A stretch of DNA of 44,227 bases from Candidatus Shapirobacteria bacterium (lineage in GTDB: Bacteria > Patescibacteriota > Microgenomatia > UBA12405 > BS750m-G30). Each line of letters begins with the position of its first letter. Within the stretch, counting starts at the first letter, position 1. Under the pieces are notes generated by a model. It was not told the DNA's origin and made no database searches. It was given only the letters and a program-made list of their open reading frames with translations. Positions 16,711 through 24,936 of this stretch are shown piece after piece. Position numbers and translations under genes: made by a program. The stretch lies in NCBI GenBank assembly GCA_016783425.1, contig JADHWP010000002.1, forward strand, positions 1-44,227. Reading direction: 5' to 3'.

Positions 16711-17651
16711 GCAAAAAGATTCTTGTCACCGGAGCCACCGGTCAGGTTGGCTCGGAGTTGACTATTGCCTTGAGGGATAAATTTGGGGGAGGAAACGTTA
16801 TTGCTGTTGGCCATTCCGGCGCTCCTGATAAAGAGCTTAAAAACTCCGGGCCTTATGAGGTGGTTGATGCTACTGACATGAATGCGCTGCGGGCGCTTGT
16901 GGAAAAATACGAAGCGGGGATTATTTATCATTTGGTGGGGATTTTGTCTGCGGCAGGAGAGAAAAAACCGGATTTAGCTTGGCGGGTAAATATGGAAAGC
17001 TTGAAAAATGTTTTAGATTTAGCCCGTAACTTAAAGTTACGGATTTTTTGGCCCAGCTCAATTGCCGCTTTTGGGCCAACAACACCGAAAAAAAACACTC
17101 CTCAAAAGACGATTTTGGAACCGAGCACAATTTACGGGGTAAGCAAAGTTGCCGGTGAATTACTTGCCAATTATTACTTTTTGAAATATGGGGTTGATGT
17201 CAGAAGTTTGCGTTATCCGGGTCTGATTAGTTATAAAACTCCTCCAAGAGGAGGCACTTCAGACTATGCGGTGGCCGTTTTTTTTGAAGCGGTAAAAAAT
17301 AAGCATTATTCTTTTTTTGTTAACAAAGAAACAGTTTTGCCGATGATGTATATGCCGGACGCGGTCAAAGCAACGATTGAGATTATGGAGGCCGATCCAA
17401 AAAAGTTAACCGTTCGTCATAGTTATAATTTAGCGGCAATGAGCTTTTCTGCCCAAGAGCTGGCCCTGGAAGTGAAAAAGCACATTCCTGATTTTAGTTA
17501 TGATTTTAAGCCGGACGAGAGACAAAAAATTGCCGACTCTTGGCCTAAAACTATTGATGATTCCAGGGCTCGGGAAGATTGGGGTTGGCGGCCGGAATTT
17601 GACCTGTCCAAAACGGTTGTTGATATGTTGGAAAATATAAGAAAGCATTGA
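16707..17651 (+). CDS. NAD-dependent epimerase/dehydratase, L-threonine 3-dehydrogenase (SDR) type
   Basis: GATGQVG, LSAAGE, PSSIAAFG, YGVSK, GGTSDYAV, MMYMPD, RQKIADSWP. Confidence 0.85.
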   Translation: MSKKILVTGATGQVGSELTIALRDKFGGGNVIAVGHSGAPDKELKNSGPYEVVDATDMNALRALVEKYEAGIIYHLVGILSAAGEKKPDLAWRVNMESLKNVLDLARNLKLRIFWPSSIAAFGPTTPKKNTPQKTILEPSTIYGVSKVAGELLANYYFLKYGVDVRSLRYPGLISYKTPPRGGTSDYAVAVFFEAVKNKHYSFFVNKETVLPMMYMPDAVKATIEIMEADPKKLTVRHSYNLAAMSFSAQELALEVKKHIPDFSYDFKPDERQKIADSWPKTIDDSRAREDWGWRPEFDLSKTVVDMLENIRKH

Positions 17652-17655
17652 TTGG

Positions 17656-17961
17656 GTGAGTAGCAAATTTCTTAAAAAAAAAGAGGATTTTATTTGCGCG
17701 GTTTGCGGTAAGAAGGTAGTTGGAAGCGGGTTTACCAATCATTGTCCGGAATGTTTGTGGAGTAAACATGTGGATATTAATCCGGGTGATAGGGCCGCGG
17801 ATTGCAAAGGCTTAATGGAGCCGATTGGGGTGGAGCAAAAAAAGGGCGAGTGGCGGATTTTATTCAAATGCCAAAAATGCGGATATAAACATTGGAATCG
17901 GACCTCTCCCAGCGACAAGTTAACAACCGTCATTCTGAATTTAGTTCAGAATCGATCCTGA
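17656..17961 (+). CDS. RNHCP-domain zinc-binding protein
   Basis: F.C..CG, TNHCP.CLWSKHVD..PGDRA..C.GLMEP, C..CG. Confidence 0.85.
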   Translation: MSSKFLKKKEDFICAVCGKKVVGSGFTNHCPECLWSKHVDINPGDRAADCKGLMEPIGVEQKKGEWRILFKCQKCGYKHWNRTSPSDKLTTVILNLVQNRS

Positions 17962-17978
17962 AACGAGTTCAGGATGAC
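17929..17978. repeat. REP-like doublet palindrome
   Basis: GTCATTCTGAATTTAGTTCAGAATC-GATCCTGAAACGAGTTCAGGATGAC; both halves recur at 24418-24509. Confidence 0.75.
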
Positions 17979-18006
17979 GCTAAACAAGTTCGTAAAATGT
18001 AATAAA

Positions 18007-19053
18007 GTGAAAAAGATTAAACTTTTTAAAAAACTGGGCGATGATTTAGTTCAGTGTCAGGCGTGTTCCTGGTATTGTCGGATTGCTTCGGGGAAAACTG
18101 GAATTTGCGGAGTGCGGGAAAATAAGGGTGGAGAATTAAATCTTCCAGTTGACGGCAAAACCACAGGCTTATCAGTTGATCCGATTGAGAAAAAGCCGCT
18201 ATATCATTTTCTTCCCGGGTCTAAAGCTCTATCTTTTGGCACCCTGGGTTGTAATTTTGGCTGCTTATTTTGCTTAAACGCTTGGGCTTCCCAAAGCCCG
18301 AAAAAAGTTAAAAAGAAAGAGCAGTTAAAAACCCTGATTGACCAGTGTTTAATTAAACTAACTCCCAAACAGATTGTCCAGGCCGCCCTGGACAGTGGTT
18401 GTCAGAGTATTGCTTATACTTATAACGAACCGGCTGTTTTTGCCGAGTTTGCTTACGAAACGATGAAGTTAGCCAAAAAAGCCAACCTTAAAAATATTTG
18501 GGTGAGCAATGGGTTTGAGTCAAAAGAAACTTTTAATTTAATTAAAAGTTATTTGGACGGGATTAACATTGATTTAAAAAGCTTTAATCCTGAATTTTAC
18601 AAAAAGATTTGTAAAGGAAAATTAAAACCGGTTTTGGAAAACATTAAGCGTTTTTTTAAAGCCGGAATTTGGGTGGAGATTACTACTCTAGTAATTCCCG
18701 GGGAAAATGATAGTAAAAAAGAATTAAAACAAATAGCCGGATTTATTAAAGATATCTCTTCGGATATTCCCTGGCACCTAAGCGCTTTTACCCCTGATTA
18801 TTTAATGAAAAATAAACCAAGAACAAATAAAGAGAAATTATTAGAAGCGCGGGAAATTGGCAAAAAAGCGGGCTTAAATTATGTTTATCTGGGCAATATC
18901 TGGGATTTGGATAATAAATATTTTTCCACTTATTGTCCAAAGTGTGATTTTTTATTGATTGAGCGGTCTGCTTATCGAACGGTAAAAATAATGGGTTTAA
19001 AAAAAGGTAAATGCCGAAATTGCGGGATTAAGATTTTGGGAATATGGCGGTGA
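18007..19053 (+). CDS. amrS: AmmeMemoRadiSam system radical SAM enzyme (second, soluble paralogue)
   Basis: CQACSWYC, DPIEKKPLYHF, CNFGCLFC, YTYNEP, C-terminal CPKC...CRNC; GTG 18007 preferred because ATG 17974 lies in a repeat. Confidence 0.9.
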   Translation: MKKIKLFKKLGDDLVQCQACSWYCRIASGKTGICGVRENKGGELNLPVDGKTTGLSVDPIEKKPLYHFLPGSKALSFGTLGCNFGCLFCLNAWASQSPKKVKKKEQLKTLIDQCLIKLTPKQIVQAALDSGCQSIAYTYNEPAVFAEFAYETMKLAKKANLKNIWVSNGFESKETFNLIKSYLDGINIDLKSFNPEFYKKICKGKLKPVLENIKRFFKAGIWVEITTLVIPGENDSKKELKQIAGFIKDISSDIPWHLSAFTPDYLMKNKPRTNKEKLLEAREIGKKAGLNYVYLGNIWDLDNKYFSTYCPKCDFLLIERSAYRTVKIMGLKKGKCRNCGIKILGIWR

Positions 19054-19077
19054 CAGCTATGCCGATCATTGTTCAAA

Positions 19078-19824
19078 TTATCTTTGGGGTATGAATATTT
19101 TCAGAAAACTTCTTATTATATGCAGGTATTTTTTTAAGCCTATTTGTTTAATGCTTCCTTCTCTAAAATGAGTAATTGTCGTGTTTCTTAGAAAAAAGAT
19201 TTCCCAGCCGGCTTGTTTTATTCTTTTACACATATCCGGTTCTTCACCGTAAAGAAAAAACCTTTCGTCATATAACCCACTGCGCTTGAAGACCTCTTTT
19301 TTAACTAACCAACAGCCCCCATTCAGACCGTCGACCTTATAGGGAGTTTTAAGTGATAGGGCCAGCTTCGATTTTGGGGAGATTTTTTCAATCAGATATT
19401 CAATAACTCCCCGAATTGTCCATCTGCTGAAATTAAAAATGATTTTCCCCTTACCGTTTAATTGTTCTGGCCCCACCATACCTGTTTTAGGATTTCCCTT
19501 GAGGAATTTAAGCATTTGTTGAATGGCTTGATGATGGACAATAGTATCTGGATTTAAGATGAGAATAAAATCTCCACGGGAAGTTTTTATTCCTTGATTA
19601 TTTGCTGTTCCAAAGCCTTTATTTTTTCTGTTTTTGATTAAATGGATTTGAGGGTAAGCTTTTTTAATGATCGTTGTTGTTTCATCTGATGAATTGTTGT
19701 CGATGACAATTATTTCACTTCCAGGCTTTTGGGTTTCCTTGATTAGAGAGTTAAGACAGCCCTTTATAAAGGAAGCAGAGTTCCAGGTAACAATAATTAT
19801 TGATAAAGTGGTTTTTTTGGCCAT
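19078..19824 (-). CDS. Glycosyltransferase family 2
   Basis: SIIIVTWN, IDNNSSD, NKGFGTANNQG, LNPD, FFLYGEEPD. Confidence 0.9.
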   Translation of the reverse strand: MAKKTTLSIIIVTWNSASFIKGCLNSLIKETQKPGSEIIVIDNNSSDETTTIIKKAYPQIHLIKNRKNKGFGTANNQGIKTSRGDFILILNPDTIVHHQAIQQMLKFLKGNPKTGMVGPEQLNGKGKIIFNFSRWTIRGVIEYLIEKISPKSKLALSLKTPYKVDGLNGGCWLVKKEVFKRSGLYDERFFLYGEEPDMCKRIKQAGWEIFFLRNTTITHFREGSIKQIGLKKYLHIIRSFLKIFIPQR

Positions 19825-19875
19825 CCAGTTTTTTATTAATGTCTTTTGCAATTTTAACAAAAATTGGAAACAATC

Positions 19876-19904
19876 TTGACAAAATATGATTTTCGTATTA
19901 CCAT
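19876..19904 (+). promoter_or_regulatory. Sigma70 promoter of the AbrB/PIN TA pair (leaderless)
   Basis: TTGACA-17 nt-TACCAT, 6 nt before ATG 19911. Confidence 0.75.
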
Positions 19905-19910
19905 GTAAGT

Positions 19911-20213
19911 ATGAGTAGTAATCTTGATTCGGCCATAACCGGAATTGTAAAGCCCATGGAAAGGGGACAGATAACTATTCCCATTGGCATTAGAAAGAAA
20001 CTTGATATTACTTCCAACACCTGGTTATGGGTTAAATTGGTAAAGAATACAATTATGATTGAGCCAGTAGAGAGTGATTCAGGATCCAAATCTCTTTCCA
20101 GTTTCCTGCTTACCTTTGCCAATGATCCTAAAGTATACTGGAAGAAAAGCGATGCTCTAGCTTTGGAAGAAGTTAGGGAGAAATCTAAAGAAAGGTTAAA
20201 GAGGCTTATCTAG
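19911..20213 (+). CDS. AbrB/MazE-like antitoxin
   Basis: RGQITIPIGIRKKLDI...I.IEP. Confidence 0.85.
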   Translation: MSSNLDSAITGIVKPMERGQITIPIGIRKKLDITSNTWLWVKLVKNTIMIEPVESDSGSKSLSSFLLTFANDPKVYWKKSDALALEEVREKSKERLKRLI

Positions 20214-20605
20214 TGGCTAAAATATTGGTTGATACGGATGTTATTATTGATTCCTTTCGTCGGTCGAATAAAAAAGACACTTTGCTTGTTAAAGTGTTTA
20301 GTCAAAGTAAAAACATTGCGTTTATCTCCCTGGTTACAATAGCCGAAATTTGGGCGGGAAAAAGCATGTCTGGAAAAGAAGATTTAAGGGTGGCCGAGGA
20401 GTTATTAAAAAATTGTCATGTTTTAATGTCTAGTATAAAGACCGCCAAAAAGGCGGGAACAATTTTACGCCAAACTAATTATCAGCTCTCTTTTCAATCT
20501 GCTCAAATTGCCGCTTTAGCAATAGAAAATAAATTAGCGATATTAACTCTTAACCAAAAAGATTTTAAAAAAGTAAAAGGTTTAAAACTTTTTCCCCTTA
20601 GGTGA
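20213..20605 (+). CDS. PIN-domain (VapC-like) toxin
   Basis: LVDTDVIID, S.VT.AEI..G, AQIAA.A, TLNQKDF. Confidence 0.85.
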   Translation: MAKILVDTDVIIDSFRRSNKKDTLLVKVFSQSKNIAFISLVTIAEIWAGKSMSGKEDLRVAEELLKNCHVLMSSIKTAKKAGTILRQTNYQLSFQSAQIAALAIENKLAILTLNQKDFKKVKGLKLFPLR

Positions 20606-20752
20606 AATCAAGAGGTGTGAAAGTAAATCTTCCTGTTTTTTTAGGCATAGTTTGTTTTTTTTGTTCCACCTTTAGTAATTATTATGGCGTATATCCGTGT
20701 TGTCCGACCCGACGAGATATGAGGAGAGTGCAACGAGGCGTAAACGTATTTT

Positions 20753-21466
20753 TTAAGATTTTTTCTTATTACTGATCCAGCCCAGAAAATCAACAATATA
20801 TCCACGTTTATTTTTGAGTGCTATTTCAGCCCTCGGTAAACACAACTTGTAAACATCGTAATAAGAGGTAAAATCAACAATTTTGGGAATGTTTTTTTGA
20901 ATAATTACATTTCGTAGTCTAAACCCTCCAAAAACTCTACGAATGTCAAAGTCAGGAAGCCATTGGTAATCATTTAACATTTGCAATGCAGATTCAAGAA
21001 ATTTTCTTATATTCTTTAATAATTCGAGGTTTTTCGTATTGTACCCAATACTTTCGTTGTCCTTGCCCACAATATAGTCTTGCTCCATTATGTTTAATCC
21101 ATTGGATCTTTCGAATGAAGTTTGGGCAACAAATTTCACCGGAAAATAATCAAGAATTTTTTGATAGGCAAACTCTGTATTTTCAAGATATCTCTTGTCA
21201 TTAACTTCGAGAAAAATTTCAGCAGGTATTTTGATAACTGTTTGGTTATCTTTACGAAAAACCGACCATTCCCACCCGGCGTCTACGAACTCATAAGTTT
21301 TAAAGAAATTTCTTGGCTGTTTTGAATCTGCGAGTGAAACAATGAATTCCCAAAATTTTGATTCTACTTGTTCAATATCAACGCCCGATATTTGTAAACT
21401 TTGTAACCTATAAAAACCTGGTTTTGTGTTGGCATACGATTTGGGATAATTGTTAATTGTAAACAT
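20753..21466 (-). CDS. Hypothetical protein, possible protein-kinase-like fold
   Basis: GWEWSVF, VIKIP, IMEQDYIVG, D...RNVII, KIVDF resemble kinase subdomains. Confidence 0.55.
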   Translation of the reverse strand: MFTINNYPKSYANTKPGFYRLQSLQISGVDIEQVESKFWEFIVSLADSKQPRNFFKTYEFVDAGWEWSVFRKDNQTVIKIPAEIFLEVNDKRYLENTEFAYQKILDYFPVKFVAQTSFERSNGLNIMEQDYIVGKDNESIGYNTKNLELLKNIRKFLESALQMLNDYQWLPDFDIRRVFGGFRLRNVIIQKNIPKIVDFTSYYDVYKLCLPRAEIALKNKRGYIVDFLGWISNKKKS

Positions 21467-21499
21467 CCTGAAAAAATCTTAAAAAAATATGTCGCCTAG

Positions 21500-21562
21500 C
21501 TAGCAACTATACGAACCAGTTTTGAAAATATTTTAAAATTATTAAGTGATTATAGCATTTGG
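21500..21562. repeat. 63-bp direct repeat, copy 1 (minus-strand promoter plus att-like site)
   Basis: 61/63 identical to 23112-23174. Confidence 0.9.
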
Positions 21563-21587
21563 AAGTGGGGTTTTGGCCCGTGGGAAT

Positions 21588-22367
21588 TTATTTAATTGAT
21601 TTTATTAATTTGTCAAATATTTTTTTGGGGGCAGCAATTATGTTTTGGCTGTGAATGGATAAATCCACTTCCTGGTTATTGAACTGTTTAATTATGTATC
21701 CATTTTCTTTTGCAAAAACCATTCCTGGCGCAATATCCCAGGGCTTGTTGTCTATGAGAATTGCCCCATCACCTCTTCCAATACAGCCATAACATAGAGC
21801 AAGAACACCGCTTCCTGCTGTTCGGGCCCTAATGTTTGCCTTCTTTAGTTTAGAGGCGATTTCTTCGTATAAAGGAGCTCCAAACCATTCGAAATTTATT
21901 AGAATATTTGATTCAAAAGTATTTGGTTTAATGCTTTCTCCGTTTAGGGTAATTCCGTTTCCCGCTTCGGCAACAAACAATTCATTCATACTAATATCAT
22001 AAACAACACCAAGAACGGGATTATTATTCTGGTATATTCCTAATCCAACGCAAAAAACCGGAATTTTTCTTGAAAAATTAATACTGCCATCTAGGGGATC
22101 CAGGAAAACAGTATATTTTGCGTCATTGTTTCCAATAACATCTGACTCTTCTGATATTATTTTACAATCTAAATTAGACTTGTTGATCGCTTCTTGAATT
22201 ATCTTTTCAGCCTTTTTATCAGCGGGAATTCCGTAATCAAATGGAGTTATTTTTGTCATCGATTTTTTATTTATTTGTCCAATAAGTTCTTTAATTCTTA
22301 TCCCAGCAGATTTTATTCCGGCAATGATTATCTTTTTTTGGTTATTATTCACTTCACATCTCGGCAC
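21588..22367 (-). CDS. Inositol monophosphatase family protein
   Basis: ISEE, DPLDGSINF, R..GSG.L, WDIAPG. Confidence 0.9.
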   Translation of the reverse strand: MPRCEVNNNQKKIIIAGIKSAGIRIKELIGQINKKSMTKITPFDYGIPADKKAEKIIQEAINKSNLDCKIISEESDVIGNNDAKYTVFLDPLDGSINFSRKIPVFCVGLGIYQNNNPVLGVVYDISMNELFVAEAGNGITLNGESIKPNTFESNILINFEWFGAPLYEEIASKLKKANIRARTAGSGVLALCYGCIGRGDGAILIDNKPWDIAPGMVFAKENGYIIKQFNNQEVDLSIHSQNIIAAPKKIFDKLIKSIK

Positions 22368-22601
22368 ATCTAAAGATGGCTGGGCTTATAATAGTAGTAT
22401 TCTACCAAATTTGGCTATTTGAAGTGTTAGCGAAAAACAAGGCTCTACCGAAAACAGGTTCTTATTTTGAGCGAACAAATGCAATGCAGTGAGTCGGATA
22501 TGCTGTGTTATGTGAGCCAAGCGATAGCGAGAATGCAATGTGCCGACTAAACATCGTGAAGGAGAGTTGCGGGCAAAAATTTCGCATACATTTTAAATTA
22601 T

Positions 22602-23069
22602 TCATTGTGGCTCGTTTTGTGGCTCGTAGGTTTCTTCTGCTGATGTAACCCTTTTAACTAAGTCTAAATCGGCAAGTTTACAGATGTCTGCAATTTCACT
22701 TCTAGAAATATAAAAACCTGTCGGATGAGTTCCCGCTGGAGGTATCCAAGAGTTTCTGTTAATTATAACGCCAAGCTGCTCTATTTGTTGGATCTCATCA
22801 TCAGTAAGTTCATGATCAAAATGTAAAAAAAGAAACATGTTATCACCAACATTTTTTTTTGTGGCGTGCATAAAAACTAGACCTCCAAATTTATTATTAT
22901 CCTTAATATCCTCTAGCCTACATAGAACTTTTTGCGGTACGACGTCGGTTGTATTCCTGTGCGGAGTTGGTTCAATCTTCCGAAATCGTGATTGAGCAAA
23001 AAACAAACCAACAGTTGCAATGGCTATAATTATCAATGAGATTAATCCCATTTTAATATTTTGTTTCAT
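22602..23069 (-). CDS. Hypothetical secreted or membrane-anchored protein
   Basis: N-terminal TM; start reassigned to ATG 23069 because the upstream codon lies in the att-like site. Confidence 0.6.
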   Translation of the reverse strand: MKQNIKMGLISLIIIAIATVGLFFAQSRFRKIEPTPHRNTTDVVPQKVLCRLEDIKDNNKFGGLVFMHATKKNVGDNMFLFLHFDHELTDDEIQQIEQLGVIINRNSWIPPAGTHPTGFYISRSEIADICKLADLDLVKRVTSAEETYEPQNEPQ

Positions 23070-23111
23070 GTTTATAATTTTTGCAAAATTTTGCCCCGCA
23101 ATTTTGCACAA

Positions 23112-23174
23112 CTAGCAACTATACGAACCAGTTGTGAAAATATTTTAAAATTATTAAGCGATTATAGCATTTGG
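23112..23174. repeat. 63-bp direct repeat, copy 2
   Basis: 61/63 identical to 21500-21562; contains minus-strand TGCTATAAT. Confidence 0.9.
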
Positions 23175-23185
23175 GGGCGGATTTT

Positions 23186-24340
23186 TTAGCCCTTAATTAC
23201 CGCCAGGGGGGAGAGTTCGGTGATGATTTCGACCAAATCCTTTTGGTCCTCCATTACTTTACTTATATCCTTGTAGGCGCTAACCGCTTCTTCCAGATCA
23301 GACTGGTGGCGCAGAGTGTGGATAATGCTTTGGTCCTCCAGGCGCTTTATCTCTTTTTTTAAATTCAGCTCTCTGATTGCTTGTTTTCTCCCCATTTTTC
23401 GACCCGCGCCGTGGGAACAGGACAGAAAAGAGTCGGGCTTACCCTTGCCTTTGACAATATAACTTTTACTTCCCTGGGAGCCGGGAATAATACCGAGTTG
23501 TCCTTTTTTGGCGGAAGTAGCGCCTTTGCGGTGTACCATTACTTTTTTTCCAAAATGAACTTCTTCAGCCGCATAGTTATGGTGAATATCAATGGTTTGG
23601 CCAAAAGTAGTCTGGGGAATAATTTTTTGGATTATTTGTTTTATTTTTTCAAGCATCAGCGCTCTGTTCGCTTTGGCAAAATCTAAAGCAAAGTTCATGG
23701 CCGCCAAATATTCCTGGGCTTGGGGATTATTCATTGGCAAACAGGCTAGCTCTTTATCGGGTAAATTAAGATTGTACTGCTGACAATAATTTAGGGCCTG
23801 GCGGTGGTATTCTTGGGCAATTTTAAAGCCAAGGTTGCGAGAGCCGGAGTGGAGCATAATCCAGATAAATCCATCTGAACCCTTTTGAATTTCAATAAAA
23901 TGATTGCCCCCGCCCAAACTGCCCAGTTGATAGCGGGCGGAATTTAATTCTTGCTGGATAATGGGGAGATTGGGAGCGCGGTCAAACCCGCGCCATTCTT
24001 GCTTTATTTTATGATGCTTAAAGCCCAGCGGGATTGCCTTTCTAATTTGGCCCAAAATTTGTTTAAGAGTTTCTGTTTCAATTGATTTGAGATTAGTTTG
24101 AACAGCGCAAACGCCGCACCCAATATCCACGCCCACGCAGTTGGGAACCACCGTGTTTTTAGCGGCCAAAACCGCCCCAATGGGCATGCCGTACCCCTGG
24201 TGGCAATCAGGCAAAATCACAATGTGTTTGAAAGCGAAGGGTAAGTTAGCTAAGTTTTTCGCCTGTTGCAAAGCTTTTTCTTCAATATCTTCCAGCCAAG
24301 GCTTAATCGGTATTTTTTCAGTACTGATTACTTTTTTCAT
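23186..24340 (-). CDS. rtcB: RtcB family RNA ligase
   Basis: PDCHQGYGMPIG, VGVDIGCG, LGGGNHFIE, HSGSR, HHNY, HRKGAT, SCSHGAGR. Confidence 0.95.
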   Translation of the reverse strand: MKKVISTEKIPIKPWLEDIEEKALQQAKNLANLPFAFKHIVILPDCHQGYGMPIGAVLAAKNTVVPNCVGVDIGCGVCAVQTNLKSIETETLKQILGQIRKAIPLGFKHHKIKQEWRGFDRAPNLPIIQQELNSARYQLGSLGGGNHFIEIQKGSDGFIWIMLHSGSRNLGFKIAQEYHRQALNYCQQYNLNLPDKELACLPMNNPQAQEYLAAMNFALDFAKANRALMLEKIKQIIQKIIPQTTFGQTIDIHHNYAAEEVHFGKKVMVHRKGATSAKKGQLGIIPGSQGSKSYIVKGKGKPDSFLSCSHGAGRKMGRKQAIRELNLKKEIKRLEDQSIIHTLRHQSDLEEAVSAYKDISKVMEDQKDLVEIITELSPLAVIKG

Positions 24341-24359
24341 TTATTTTTTAATTATAGCA

Positions 24360-24604
24360 TGTAGCTTAACGTCTCAATTGTCACCCCTTTTTAACATCTG
24401 AACTGTCCTCTCCAAATGTCATCCCCGAAATAAATTCGGGGCAGGCTCTGAACTCGTTTCAGGATCTGTTTTCTTATCACTTAAGATTCTGAACTAAATT
24501 CAGAATGACTTTTGAAACAATCTCACTAAAAAGTGCTGAACCATATTTAGAGGGTAGACAATTGAGACGTTAAATCAATAGGACAATTGAGAAGTTAAAC
24601 TACA
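24360..24604. mobile_element. MITE-like element with 23-bp TIRs (TG...CA) and TATAGCA target duplication
   Basis: 24360-24382 and 24582-24604 are inverted (21/23); extra TIR copy at 24557-24573; TATAGCA at 24353-24359 and 24605-24611. Confidence 0.7.
24418..24509. repeat. REP-like palindromes nested in the MITE
   Basis: GTCATC[CCCGAAATAAATTCGGGGCAGGC]TCTGAACTCGTTTCAGGATCT ... AGATTCTGAACTAAATTCAGAATGAC. Confidence 0.7.
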
Positions 24605-24618
24605 TATAGCAATATTGG

Positions 24619-24646
24619 TTGACAGGGGGTATTTTGGTGATATAAT
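24619..24646 (+). promoter_or_regulatory. Consensus sigma70 promoter of the T-box/tRNA-Trp unit
   Basis: TTGACA-16 nt-TATAAT with TGn extension. Confidence 0.85.
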
Positions 24647-24656
24647 ATTTTTAATA

Positions 24657-24922
24657 GCGTTGATGGGGAGGTATGGGCCCCGGAGCCCCTGAACCATGTA
24701 AGGTACAGGGCGCGCTGAAAAGGCGAAAAGATTTTTCTGATTAGCTTTTTCCGGAGAGGAATCCGTAACCAAGTTCCAGACCGATGTCACCGCAAGGTAA
24801 ACAGAGTCGGTTGTGAAGGTCCGAAGCGGTAACGTTCGGACGAAACAAGGTGGTACCGTCTTTATTTTAAAGGCCCTTGTTGGTTCCTAAATTTATTTTT
24901 GGGAGTCAGCAAGGGCTTTTTT
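24657..24922 (+). promoter_or_regulatory. T-box riboswitch (Trp, UGG specifier), ultrashort Stem I, transcription-attenuation type
   Basis: K-turn GC-GUU-GA/GA-GC, stem UGGGG/CCCCG, loop AGGUA-UGG-G; Stem II about 24717-24751; IIA/B with CCGUAA; Stem III 24819-24841; T-box AAGG-UGGUACC-GUC pairing with GGC-CCUU. Confidence 0.88.
24873..24922 (+). terminator. Intrinsic terminator of the T-box leader
   Basis: GCCCTTGTTGGTTCCTAAA / TTTGGGAGTCAGCAAGGGC followed by T6; overlaps the antiterminator 3' strand. Confidence 0.9.
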
Positions 24923-24936
24923 ATTTGAAAGAACTT

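Noticed and set aside
21500..23174. CRISPR array from the direct repeats
   Set aside because: Only two 63-bp copies 1.6 kb apart, separated by whole genes; no cas genes or regular spacers anywhere in the window
24657..24779. Canonical long Stem I for the T-box, using GCTGAAAA as the distal loop
   Set aside because: It gives no UGG in a specifier position; the ultrashort fold gives a clean K-turn and a Trp codon matching the downstream genes
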